NCBI RefSeq assembly: GCF_054482525.1
Contig: NZ_CM137006.1
DNA length: 64,000 bases
Direction: 5' to 3' (one strand)
The notes under the pieces are model-generated. The model had not been told where the DNA came from, searched no databases, and was given only the letters and a program-made list of their open reading frames with translations. The translations under genes were made by a program, and so were the position numbers. Shown here piece after piece: positions 7,845 to 17,197 of the stretch (position 1 is the stretch's first letter; every line of letters begins with the position of its first letter).

Positions 7845-7906
7845 GGCCAAGCCGCAACAGTACTCTATTTTTCTTTGGAGTTAATTGCGGCGCGGCTAGG
7901 GATGTA

Positions 7907-8152
7907 TCAGACTTTAATCTTAACTACTTTTTCAGTGCCGGTCATAAAACTAACCAGCTTCTTGCGGCCATCGGGATACTCTTTAATGACACATCCTTCT
8001 GGCGTATTTTTTTCAGCGTAATAAATAGGGACGCCACTAAGAAGACAGGCTCGGGCTGCTTCACCGACATCATGTTCTAGTTGCTGCTCGAAAACAGTCA
8101 AGAACTCTGCTTCCTCTGATGGTGTCATTTCAGCTAAATATGATAAGTCCAT
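7907..8152 (-). CDS. orf81, hypothetical accessory protein
   Basis: 81-aa ORF between the intergenic hairpin region and the att site; the 20-bp-stem hairpin at 7800-7844 is followed by a T-run on the minus strand and could terminate it. Confidence 0.45.
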   Translation of the reverse strand: MDLSYLAEMTPSEEAEFLTVFEQQLEHDVGEAARACLLSGVPIYYAEKNTPEGCVIKEYPDGRKKLVSFMTGTEKVVKIKV

Positions 8153-8354
8153 AAATGCTCATGCCTTCTGTAATTCATTGCTTAGTAACAATGATGAACA
8201 GGCCTGATTGGTGAGGTCAGGCTGTTCACTTACTGCTGACAGACATTTGATTCTGATTCGTTTGGAGAAACGGATGATTTTGAATCATTGTCGATAGTAA
8301 CCAGTTGACGGCCAGTGTCAACGATCCCCGCCAGATTCTGCCATCCTTACCATT

Positions 8355-8387
8355 GGTGCGCATAATGTGCTACACGTTATGTTGAAA
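8355..8387 (+). other. Phage att (dif-like) site at copy junction: XerC arm GGTGCGCATAA, 11-bp spacer TGTGCTACACG, XerD-like arm TTATGTTGAAA
   Basis: Perfect match to the XerC-binding arm of E. coli dif; best XerD-like arm (9 of 11) is displaced 5 bp relative to dif geometry. Confidence 0.8.
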
Positions 8388-8420
8388 AGGCCGCTGCGAA
8401 AATAGAACCCCGCAGCGGCC
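8385..8420 (-). terminator. Rho-independent terminator for the minus-strand orf98-orf110 cassette, abutting the att site (recurs per copy)
   Basis: GGCCGCTGCG-N12-CGCAGCGGCC with a T-run on the minus strand (8385-8388). Confidence 0.55.
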
Positions 8421-8454
8421 TCTTTAGCATAACGTCATTGTGCGAACCAATTAT

Positions 8455-8787
8455 TTATTTTTTTGATTTTTGAGTTGCCTCAATTTCTTTTTTTAAACCA
8501 TGAAGGTTTTTATGACCGGTTCCCTTTGGTTGTAACTGTCCCCTTTGTAACTTACTGATTCTATTTCCTCTTTCTGATATTACTATTTCATCATTCAGGG
8601 ATTTTTCAATCAATGCATACAACGCATTGAATACTTTGATGTTTTCTGATTCCCTCAACTCTTCGAGGATTTTACTTAGTTGTAGAAAGTCATTAATTAA
8701 ACTAACGCCATTTTTAGGATCGTAAAACTCCTCATGTCGTTTTAACATCTTTGCAATCTTTTTTTGCTTATCTGTTGCGTTTGACAT
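8455..8787 (-). CDS. orf110, hypothetical accessory protein (second gene of the minus-strand cassette)
   Basis: 110 aa, charged, basic C-terminal tail, no TM segment; 23-bp gap after orf98; followed by a hairpin plus T-run terminator at 8385-8420. Confidence 0.55.
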   Translation of the reverse strand: MSNATDKQKKIAKMLKRHEEFYDPKNGVSLINDFLQLSKILEELRESENIKVFNALYALIEKSLNDEIVISERGNRISKLQRGQLQPKGTGHKNLHGLKKEIEATQKSKK

Positions 8788-8810
8788 TTTCCCTTTCCCT
8801 TCAACTAGAT

Positions 8811-9107
8811 TTAATCATTACATTCAACCGTTGCTACGGTTCCATAATAAGTAATGTAAAGAAAACTTCCATTATTGAACTGGCCAACAGAGGTCGATAC
8901 TTTTACCCCGTAAATGACATTTCCTTGTCTACCTGCAGAATTCACGAACGCATCATAGGCTTCCTGGTGCTCATTTCTCTTGCGCTCCATAAAACCACGA
9001 ATTAAACCTTTATCAGAAATTTCAATAGGATAGGTCTTCTCAATAAATCCATGAATCTCTACTACTTTCATATTGGAGGGCAATGTATCAGTGCTTAACA
9101 CTAACAT
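8811..9107 (-). CDS. orf98 hypothetical accessory protein (copy 2)
   Basis: Repeat of 68-364 at +8743; identical translation. Confidence 0.55.
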   Translation of the reverse strand: MLVLSTDTLPSNMKVVEIHGFIEKTYPIEISDKGLIRGFMERKRNEHQEAYDAFVNSAGRQGNVIYGVKVSTSVGQFNNGSFLYITYYGTVATVECND

Positions 9108-9261
9108 GTTGATTTCCTTTCAATTAAAGAACCTTAATGACATTACTTAATTATTTCATTTCAATCAACAACATATGGGTTGTTTTTTATCATTCCGACA
9201 CTATATCTAGGCGAGATAACTAAAATGGCTAGTTATCACTATACCTCTAAAGGATAAAATA

Positions 9262-9552
9262 ATGGCTGACTTCTACATAACAGCAGTAAAATATGATGAA
9301 AATCATGAACATATCGTTAAGGTTAAAACACGGCAACGAGTTGATGGTAAGGTTAAAGCACCAAGCATCAATTCTCGCCAATTTATCGTCGAATTGATTA
9401 ATACCGGAAAGGTATCATTTTGGACTGGATTACAGGATAGCGAAGGACGATGGGGAAAAGGGGCTGACGTGACCGTAACCTCTACTGGTTTCCTGACTAC
9501 ATCACCAAATAATACCACTCGGGATAACCTCGGCGAATTGCCTGAATTTTAA
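9262..9552 (+). CDS. Hypothetical small protein (96 aa), possibly DUF3892-like (copy 2)
   Basis: Repeat of 519-809 at +8743. Confidence 0.5.
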   Translation: MADFYITAVKYDENHEHIVKVKTRQRVDGKVKAPSINSRQFIVELINTGKVSFWTGLQDSEGRWGKGADVTVTSTGFLTTSPNNTTRDNLGELPEF

Positions 9553-9616
9553 CCAAAAATCAAACGTGCAGTGTAGGTAATACTGCACGTTTGTCTCATT
9601 CCTGAGACTCTACCTT

Positions 9617-10063
9617 TTACTGTTCATCGCCAGTGATTAATTTTCTGGTTAACATCTTTGCACTGTAGCTATATGAACTTAAAGCAGAAACCTGTCTTGC
9701 AAGTGATATGATATCTTGCTTGTCCAATGTCCTGATGTTCCAGATAATGAAGTTATGGGCATCAGTGGTTTCTTTGTCAGTGTAACCATCTGCTGAAGTG
9801 ATCAACTTTCTTTCTGTTGCGTCTTCTTTAACCGCAAGTGCATCACCATGAGCCAAGGTGTTTAAATCCGTACCAGTGATTTTTGCGATTTCGATCACAT
9901 CACTGAACTTAGGTTCTGTTTTAGCAGTCGCTATCCTAACAAGTGTCCTTACGTTGATGCCGGTTTTGTCTGCGACTTCTTCGTATGTCCCATGCTCCAG
10001 GATAGCTTTCCGTATTCTTTCTGCTCGCTTGCTATCAGCCATAACATACAACTCTCGATTCAT
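9617..10063 (-). CDS. HTH regulator, candidate repressor (copy 2)
   Basis: Repeat of 874-1320 at +8743. Confidence 0.7.
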   Translation of the reverse strand: MNRELYVMADSKRAERIRKAILEHGTYEEVADKTGINVRTLVRIATAKTEPKFSDVIEIAKITGTDLNTLAHGDALAVKEDATERKLITSADGYTDKETTDAHNFIIWNIRTLDKQDIISLARQVSALSSYSYSAKMLTRKLITGDEQ

Positions 10064-10269
10064 CTTAGGTGCTCCAGTTTACATCACTCTTTTTAGATGC
10101 TTTTTTTCATGGACAAATATGTCCTTAAAAACAAGACATCGTATTGACAACAGATCTCAACATGCTTAGCATTTATTTGTCCATGACTGAAAGACACATT
10201 TGTCTATTGACATGGTAAATACAGGTAAAAGTCATTTTGATTCATGTTTACTTGACTGCTGAGACACTT

Positions 10270-11322
10270 ATGATCGACTGGTTTACCGGAATCCTGCCTT
10301 GCACACACCGACCGTTACCGGCCGGTAGCGTCGTCAGCGTTGATGCTGATGGTGCGGTGGAGTGGGAAACAGTAAAACGGTTGACCGTTCGCGGTTCGTA
10401 TGAATCAACGATGAAAGTAAGATCTGTTGGATCTGATGGCGAAGGTCGGGCAACACATCTTTATATTGATGGGAATCCTTCAAAATTCCTTCAGGGACAT
10501 TCTGTTATTGGTTCTGATGATTTGCAGGGACTGGTATTAACCGTATACGCAAGAATACTGGCATTACTTCATATTCCTCATGATCTCCCGTCATATCGTC
10601 AGGTAATGTCTGGTCAGTATAAGATTTCCCGTATTGATATTAATTATATGTATTCATTGTCAACACTGGAAAATGTCCGTGCATGGTTATATGCCGCAGA
10701 ATTTAAAGCGAAAACTCGCCATGGTCGCGCCTGTGGTAAAGGTGGCACTGTTTACTTAGGGAAAAACTCCCGTCGTTGGAGCCTGAAATTTTATTCAAAA
10801 TATGATGAGCATATATCTGGCAAAAAAGGGCACCAGATGGCAGACGAATTCGTTAAAGCAGGTTTACTGGACTGGTCAAAAGATAAATTACGCATTGAAT
10901 TAACATTAAGAACAACTGAATTAATTGATTTGAATCTTACGCTTGGTAATAGCTGGAATATTCAGACGCCCAATAAATTATTCTCTGACTATGTAGGGAG
11001 AATAGAAATGAATCAAAATACTATATTAACTGATGAAAAAATAATTAATCTCCCAAGAAAAATACAGTCTACATATTTATTGTGGAAGCAGGGCGCGAAC
11101 ATGAAAGAGATGTTACCGAAACCTACATTCTACCGACACCGTAAAGAATTACTTTCTTTCGGAATAGATATTAACTTTTATTGTGAGTCACCGGATTCTA
11201 ATAACGTTGTTCCGTTGGTTCGTATTCTTGAAGCCAAACCGGCCAAAATTCCATCATGGTTTTATGAGAAAGGTTTAATTTTCGATCATAACCGTATTTC
11301 ACATGCCAGTAACTGGTATTAA
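10270..11322 (+). CDS. gII: Replication initiator gII homologue (copy 2)
   Basis: Repeat of 1527-2579 at +8743; nested gX-like restart at 11008. Confidence 0.85.
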   Translation: MIDWFTGILPCTHRPLPAGSVVSVDADGAVEWETVKRLTVRGSYESTMKVRSVGSDGEGRATHLYIDGNPSKFLQGHSVIGSDDLQGLVLTVYARILALLHIPHDLPSYRQVMSGQYKISRIDINYMYSLSTLENVRAWLYAAEFKAKTRHGRACGKGGTVYLGKNSRRWSLKFYSKYDEHISGKKGHQMADEFVKAGLLDWSKDKLRIELTLRTTELIDLNLTLGNSWNIQTPNKLFSDYVGRIEMNQNTILTDEKIINLPRKIQSTYLLWKQGANMKEMLPKPTFYRHRKELLSFGIDINFYCESPDSNNVVPLVRILEAKPAKIPSWFYEKGLIFDHNRISHASNWY

Positions 11323-11333
11323 AGGAGAGTGAT

Positions 11334-11651
11334 ATGTCTAATTATGGTCTTTTTGTAAAAGGTAAAATGCTTGGTGCTCGCCAGCGTAATAAGGTCAATG
11401 GTCAGGGATACTATAATGAAATTGGTATTGGCTTAGAGATCCCTGATGGTTTTGGCGGCACTAAGCAAGACCAGATTATTATTCGTGTTTCTCAGGCTCT
11501 TGTTAATGCCGGTGTAATGAATCAGGCAAATAATCTTATCGGTAAGTTAGTCCAGATACCTGTATATGTTCGTGTCTGGTCAATGGAAGGTAGAGAAGGA
11601 GTAACTTATAATATTTCATCTGACGGTGGAATCACTGAAATAAAAGGTTAA
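11334..11651 (+). CDS. gV: Putative ssDNA-binding protein gV analogue (copy 2)
   Basis: Repeat at +8743. Confidence 0.55.
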   Translation: MSNYGLFVKGKMLGARQRNKVNGQGYYNEIGIGLEIPDGFGGTKQDQIIIRVSQALVNAGVMNQANNLIGKLVQIPVYVRVWSMEGREGVTYNISSDGGITEIKG

Positions 11652-11653
11652 AT

Positions 11654-11740
11654 ATGGCTGATGTTATACAAATATTAATAGCGTCAGGCATTGTTATCTC
11701 TTTTGGCCTCGGCGCAATTACTGCGGGGGTTTTTCGTTAA
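11654..11740 (+). CDS. gVII: gVII analogue (copy 2)
   Basis: Repeat at +8743. Confidence 0.5.
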   Translation: MADVIQILIASGIVISFGLGAITAGVFR

Positions 11741-11835
11741 TGTATATAGCTTATTTCTTCGGGGCTTATACCTTTGGTTTTGCCCTTTTCTACGCGGTCG
11801 GTTCATTTAAATCATTTTCTGACCGATTAATGTAA
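11740..11835 (+). CDS. gIX: gIX analogue (copy 2)
   Basis: Repeat at +8743. Confidence 0.45.
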   Translation: MYIAYFFGAYTFGFALFYAVGSFKSFSDRLM

Positions 11836-11859
11836 TGTAACTTTAATGGAGTTATTTAT

Positions 11860-12102
11860 ATGAAAGTTTTGTCTTTTGTTAAATCTAAAATTGCAGTAGC
11901 TTCAACAGCGCTTTTTGTTTCTGCGAGTTCTTTTGCGGCAGCTGAGTCTACAGGCGGGACTGATTATGCAGGTCAGGCAATGGATGCATTACTGACTCAG
12001 GCAAATGATCTTATTGGTAAAGTATGGCCTGTCGTTGTTGCTGTGGTTGGTGCTGGCCTTGCCATTCGTATTTTTAAAAAATTCGCTTCTAAAGCAGTTT
12101 AA
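11860..12102 (+). CDS. gVIII: Major coat protein precursor (copy 2)
   Basis: Repeat at +8743. Confidence 0.85.
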   Translation: MKVLSFVKSKIAVASTALFVSASSFAAAESTGGTDYAGQAMDALLTQANDLIGKVWPVVVAVVGAGLAIRIFKKFASKAV

Positions 12103-12148
12103 AATTCACTCAGGGGCATTTGTTGCCCCTTTATTAAATTGGGTTATT

Positions 12149-13393
12149 ATGAAAAGGAAAATATTAATTACTTTCTCTATTTTTATTTCTTCTTTTTCAT
12201 ATGCTGATTCATGGGAAAGCATTACTAAATCTACTTTTCAAAGCTCTGCATATGCTGAAAGTAAGCAAATAACCAACCAAGATGGTACTAAACAAACTGT
12301 TTATTATATTGATGCAACCATGCAGGCTTCTTCCTGTCAGGGAGCTAAAGACAGTGCTCAGGTTGTTTTTAATCAGGTTAAACCAACTTATGAGGGAATG
12401 TGGCCTAACTCTGAATTCCGTCTTGTATTTTCTGACGCTTGTACTTACAGCGACTCTCCAGGCCAGAAAGATAAATACTGGACTTTAACTGCTTATATTA
12501 TAGGTGATATTCAACGATCTATTCCTGATGAAAAACCTTCCGAGCCTACGCCTGAAGAGATTTGTGAAGCTAAACCCCCCGAAGAAGGTGTATTCAATAA
12601 TGTCTATTCTTATGACGGTGATCGTTATATTTATTATAACGGTTGTGAATATGAGGCCACTGGCGTCATTGTTTGCCAGAGTGATAGCACTGTTTGTGCT
12701 GCGACATGGAAGCCTACCGGAACTGTAGCCGCACCTTCAGATAAGCCTTCTTCTCCTGTTGGCGATGGCGGTGATACTGGAGGCGGGGATACGGGTGATG
12801 GTGATACCGGTGGAGGTGATACAGGCGGTGGTAACCCAAGTGGCAGTTCTGGCGGTGGTAATGGCTCAAGTATCACCAAAGGAGATATTCAGTCAGCTAT
12901 CGAAGGTGCTTCACCTAAAATTGCCAGTGAGATTCATGATAAGTTAACAGAAAAAGATACCTCATCTGATGATAAAAAGTCGGCTGATGAACAGACTAAA
13001 AATAATATAAATCGTCTTGTTGACTCTATAAATAACCTTACTCGCGGAGCCGGACGTTTTGCTGATCCTTCTGGCGGCGATTCCCGTTATGGGGAGGGGG
13101 GGTCTGAATTAGATAGCGCTTCCACTTTAGCTGAATCTGAATTAGGAATTGCAAAGGATTCTCATGGTGCGTTATGGGAGGCTTTCTTAAATAAAGGTGC
13201 TATGTTGCCCAATTTACCTAATGGTAATGGTTGTTCTGATTTTATTATTTTCCCCGGAGAGGTTTATCAGATCGATATTGGCTGCGATAAATTACTGACT
13301 ATTAAAAATGCTCTTTCATGGGTTTTTTATTGCCTTACGTTCTGGTATGTATTTACTTCTTTAACTTCATTGCTTCGTAAAGGTGGTGAGTGA
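12149..13393 (+). CDS. gIII: Adsorption protein pIII (copy 2)
   Basis: Repeat at +8743. Confidence 0.8.
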   Translation: MKRKILITFSIFISSFSYADSWESITKSTFQSSAYAESKQITNQDGTKQTVYYIDATMQASSCQGAKDSAQVVFNQVKPTYEGMWPNSEFRLVFSDACTYSDSPGQKDKYWTLTAYIIGDIQRSIPDEKPSEPTPEEICEAKPPEEGVFNNVYSYDGDRYIYYNGCEYEATGVIVCQSDSTVCAATWKPTGTVAAPSDKPSSPVGDGGDTGGGDTGDGDTGGGDTGGGNPSGSSGGGNGSSITKGDIQSAIEGASPKIASEIHDKLTEKDTSSDDKKSADEQTKNNINRLVDSINNLTRGAGRFADPSGGDSRYGEGGSELDSASTLAESELGIAKDSHGALWEAFLNKGAMLPNLPNGNGCSDFIIFPGEVYQIDIGCDKLLTIKNALSWVFYCLTFWYVFTSLTSLLRKGGE

Positions 13394-13734
13394 TGCCTTT
13401 ATTATTAGGTATTCCTGCATTGTTGCGTTTTCTTATTGGTCTTGTTCCTTTACTTATTGGCTATGCGGCAAGTTTTTTAGCTCGGCTTGCAACCAAAACA
13501 GGTTTAATAGCGGTTGCATTGGTTGCGCTAATTACAACAACTGTTACGCTTTTAATGCAGTACCTTGCTGAGGTCATGTATATCGGGTTACCCGCTGATT
13601 TTTCACATCTAATGGCGTCTGTACTGCCTGACCATTTTCAGGCGTGTGTTAACGTTATTATGGTTACTCGTATCAGTGTTTTTGTTTTCGATTTAAAACA
13701 AAAATTTCTTGATTATGCAAACAGGGTGATTTAA
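13390..13734 (+). CDS. gVI: Minor coat protein pVI (copy 2)
   Basis: Repeat at +8743. Confidence 0.8.
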   Translation: MMPLLLGIPALLRFLIGLVPLLIGYAASFLARLATKTGLIAVALVALITTTVTLLMQYLAEVMYIGLPADFSHLMASVLPDHFQACVNVIMVTRISVFVFDLKQKFLDYANRVI

Positions 13735-14829
13735 ATGGCGGTTCATGTAGTAACAGGCAAATTAGGCTCAGGCAAGACACTGGTTAGTGTTTCCAGAATA
13801 CAGGAAAGACTGGCTAAGGGTTGTCCTGTTGCCACTAATCTTGATCTTAAATTGCATAATATGCCTATGGTTGGGCGTTATGCTAAAAAAACGCGCGTTA
13901 TTCGTGTTCCTGATAAGCCTTCATTAAATGATTTACTGGCTATTGGTATTGGAAATACATCTTACGATGAATCCCGCAATGGCCTTTTAGTGCTTGATGA
14001 ATGTGGTACTTGGTTTAATTCCCGTTCATGGGGTGATAAAGACAGACAACCTGTTATTGACTGGTTTTTACATGCCCGTAAATTAGGTTGGGATATTATT
14101 TTTTTGATTCAGGATATTTCGATAATGGATAAGCAAGCTCGTCTGGCACTTGCTGAACATGTTGTTTATTGTCGCCGTTCAGATAAATTAAACATTCCTT
14201 TTATTGGCTCTATTATAAATTTAGTTTCAGGAGCGCGATTTTCTTTACCAAAGGTACACTTTGGTATTGTTAAATATGGTGATAACGTTAATTCAATTAC
14301 TGTTGATAAATGGATATACACCGGAAAATCATTATATTCCGCCTACAATACAAAACAGGTTTTTACTGATAACTATCCGCATGGTGCTTATTCTCTTTTA
14401 CCGCCATTTATTACACATGGCCAGTTTTCTGTTCACAAAGGACTTAATTATTATATGCGCCTCACGAAAATTTATTTCCGAAAATCAAACCGATTAATAT
14501 TAATGCTTTCATTTTTTGCCTTTGGGCTTGGGCTTGGCTTCTGGCTACAATCTGGTAAGAATGCCGATGAAATTTCGGCTATTAAATCAGTTCATGCTGA
14601 ACAGGTGAGGGCGGTAACACCTGACAGTACCAGCGATTTACCGAGACTTTCTATTGATTCTTTCTCTCAGCTTGGTTTTGATGTTTCTGTTACGTTTGTT
14701 GACGCTAAGGGTATGAAGTACCAGTATTTTGATTTAATTAAAGATGGTTATTCCGTTGATATTAAAGATGCCTGCCGAATTGTTATCAGAAAAGGCCATT
14801 ATTTACAAAGCGTCACCTGTCAGGAGTAA
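13735..14829 (+). CDS. gI: Assembly ATPase pI (copy 2)
   Basis: Repeat at +8743; nested pXI-like restart at 14455. Confidence 0.9.
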   Translation: MAVHVVTGKLGSGKTLVSVSRIQERLAKGCPVATNLDLKLHNMPMVGRYAKKTRVIRVPDKPSLNDLLAIGIGNTSYDESRNGLLVLDECGTWFNSRSWGDKDRQPVIDWFLHARKLGWDIIFLIQDISIMDKQARLALAEHVVYCRRSDKLNIPFIGSIINLVSGARFSLPKVHFGIVKYGDNVNSITVDKWIYTGKSLYSAYNTKQVFTDNYPHGAYSLLPPFITHGQFSVHKGLNYYMRLTKIYFRKSNRLILMLSFFAFGLGLGFWLQSGKNADEISAIKSVHAEQVRAVTPDSTSDLPRLSIDSFSQLGFDVSVTFVDAKGMKYQYFDLIKDGYSVDIKDACRIVIRKGHYLQSVTCQE

Positions 14830-14836
14830 TATTACT

Positions 14837-16102
14837 ATGCGTTTATTTTGCATTGCCATCTTATTCATTTATTCTTTTTGTGTTTCTGCTGAAACTGTTA
14901 ATCTTAATAATTCATCCGTTCGTTCATTTGTCCAGTGGTATTCATCAAAAACTGGTAAGCCTGTTATTGTTAACCCCGATGTTAAAGGCTCCGTAACAGT
15001 ATTTAATGCTGATGTTAATCCCACAAATATTGATGACTTTTTCAAATCTGTTCTGAATGCTAATGGATTTGTCATGCTTTCTGGTAATCCTGCGGTAGTA
15101 TCTTTGCCGTCAAAATTACCGTCACAGATGGCATCAGACCCTGATGATTCCGATAATCAGTCTTATGACTCTTTTCCGCCAGAGCCATCCTGTCAGCCAG
15201 CGCCTGTGGCGCTCACTGTCAGAAATTTTAAGCTGACAAAAGTACGAGCGTCTGATGTTCAGCAACTGGTTAAAATTTATCTGGATTCGAATGGCGGGGG
15301 TAATGTCGTGGATTATCCCGGCAATAACTCCCTGATTGTATCTGCGCCTGACGAGCTACTGCCTGTTCTGTCCAATTTCATTAACTCAGTTGATGTTGCC
15401 CGTGATCAGGTACTCATTCAATCGCTCATGTTTGAAACCAGTTTGTCTGATGGTGTTGATTTGTCATTTGCAGCTGGCTCTGCATCCGGCCATAAGGTGG
15501 CGGGGGGTTTTAATACTTCTGCGCTGGGTAATGCTCTTTCTACGGTGGGCGGCTCTTTTGGTATTTTTGATGGTAACGTGTTGGCGCTGTCTCTGCGTGC
15601 TGTCCAGAGTAATTCACGCTCTAAGGTGATTTCAACACCGCGCATTCTTACTCAGTCCGGTCAGACTGGTTATATTTCCGTAGGTAAGAATGTGCCGTTT
15701 ATCACAGGAAAGGTAACGGGTGAATCTGCTGGGGTAAATAATCCGTTTCAGACTATCGAACGTCATGATGTTGGCGTTTCTCTCAAGGTAACGCCTGTTG
15801 TCATGGGGAACGGGCAATTAGTTTTGACCATCGATACCCGCGCCGATTCAATCAGCAATGATGACCAAGCATCTGATATTATTACTAATCAGCGCCAGAT
15901 TCAGACCACTGTTCAGATTAAGGATGGCCAGACTCTCTTACTTGGTGGGTTGATTGATTCATCATCCAGCAATGCTGACCGTTCTGTACCATTTATCAGC
16001 AAAATTCCGGTAATTGGCTGGCTTTTCAGGAGTAAAGCTGACAGTAATGAGCAACGCATTATGTATGTCCTGCTGACTGCTCATATTATTCGTGCGCTTT
16101 GA
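14837..16102 (+). CDS. gIV: Secretin pIV (copy 2)
   Basis: Repeat at +8743. Confidence 0.9.
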   Translation: MRLFCIAILFIYSFCVSAETVNLNNSSVRSFVQWYSSKTGKPVIVNPDVKGSVTVFNADVNPTNIDDFFKSVLNANGFVMLSGNPAVVSLPSKLPSQMASDPDDSDNQSYDSFPPEPSCQPAPVALTVRNFKLTKVRASDVQQLVKIYLDSNGGGNVVDYPGNNSLIVSAPDELLPVLSNFINSVDVARDQVLIQSLMFETSLSDGVDLSFAAGSASGHKVAGGFNTSALGNALSTVGGSFGIFDGNVLALSLRAVQSNSRSKVISTPRILTQSGQTGYISVGKNVPFITGKVTGESAGVNNPFQTIERHDVGVSLKVTPVVMGNGQLVLTIDTRADSISNDDQASDIITNQRQIQTTVQIKDGQTLLLGGLIDSSSSNADRSVPFISKIPVIGWLFRSKADSNEQRIMYVLLTAHIIRAL

Positions 16103-16649
16103 TGGGGCCGTGGCGGGTGCGTTAAGCCCCGGTATGGCCCCATCAAGAGCCAGATTTTACGTCTCACCACGGAGCCTCTATATGGCCTTAAAACTGACAG
16201 GATATGAACAGAAAAACATCTTCTAGGTGATTCAATTACTTAGAGGTTTTTATGTCTGTAAAAAGTAGGGGCGCGATCGACTTCCTGGTGGTCGCCTGAA
16301 GTCTTACCGTCGTGTTGGTTCACATTTTACCAGTTGTTCCAAGTGGTTTGATAAATCACCGTCCTGGTATCGCAATATGATGATGACCCGGCCAGAGCGC
16401 CGTGAAGTCAGAAAGCTTCTCAATCAGGTTGTACGTGGCCGTGACGCTGACGGCATCGCATTTCCGGTCAGCAACAAGCCATTTGCATGGCGGTGGTGAA
16501 CATTTTTAGCCGCTAAAACTTCATGCTGACGGAATTATCGAAAACCCCGTACAGCAACAAAACTTGTTTTTGTTGCTGTACGGGGTTGGCCAAGCCGCAA
16601 CAGTACTCTATTTTTCTTTGGAGTTAATTGCGGCGCGGCTAGGGATGTA

Positions 16650-16895
16650 TCAGACTTTAATCTTAACTACTTTTTCAGTGCCGGTCATAAAACTAACCAG
16701 CTTCTTGCGGCCATCGGGATACTCTTTAATGACACATCCTTCTGGCGTATTTTTTTCAGCGTAATAAATAGGGACGCCACTAAGAAGACAGGCTCGGGCT
16801 GCTTCACCGACATCATGTTCTAGTTGCTGCTCGAAAACAGTCAAGAACTCTGCTTCCTCTGATGGTGTCATTTCAGCTAAATATGATAAGTCCAT
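16650..16895 (-). CDS. orf81 hypothetical accessory protein (copy 2)
   Basis: Repeat at +8743. Confidence 0.45.
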   Translation of the reverse strand: MDLSYLAEMTPSEEAEFLTVFEQQLEHDVGEAARACLLSGVPIYYAEKNTPEGCVIKEYPDGRKKLVSFMTGTEKVVKIKV

Positions 16896-17097
16896 AAATG
16901 CTCATGCCTTCTGTAATTCATTGCTTAGTAACAATGATGAACAGGCCTGATTGGTGAGGTCAGGCTGTTCACTTACTGCTGACAGACATTTGATTCTGAT
17001 TCGTTTGGAGAAACGGATGATTTTGAATCATTGTCGATAGTAACCAGTTGACGGCCAGTGTCAACGATCCCCGCCAGATTCTGCCATCCTTACCATT

Positions 17098-17130
17098 GGT
17101 GCGCATAATGTGCTACACGTTATGTTGAAA
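17098..17130 (+). other. Phage att (dif-like) site, junction of copies 2 and 3
   Basis: Identical to 8355-8387. Confidence 0.8.
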
Positions 17131-17197
17131 AGGCCGCTGCGAAAATAGAACCCCGCAGCGGCCTCTTTAGCATAACGTCATTGTGCGAACCAATTAT

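Larger units (their letters stand above)
1..8365 (+). mobile_element. Filamentous (Ff-like inovirus) prophage, array copy 1, left end outside window
   Basis: Contains gII, gV, gVII, gIX, gVIII, gIII, gVI, gI, gIV homologues in canonical Ff order plus accessory genes; unit boundary placed arbitrarily at the XerC arm of the att site. Confidence 0.9.
8366..17108 (+). mobile_element. Filamentous prophage, array copy 2 (complete unit)
   Basis: Exact repeat of copy 1 at offset +8743, bounded by att-like sites at 8355 and 17098. Confidence 0.9.

Noticed and set aside
7821-8021. 66-aa plus-strand ORF starting inside the 20-bp-stem hairpin
   Set aside because: Starts within a strong secondary structure and overlaps orf81 antisense; unlikely to be translated.
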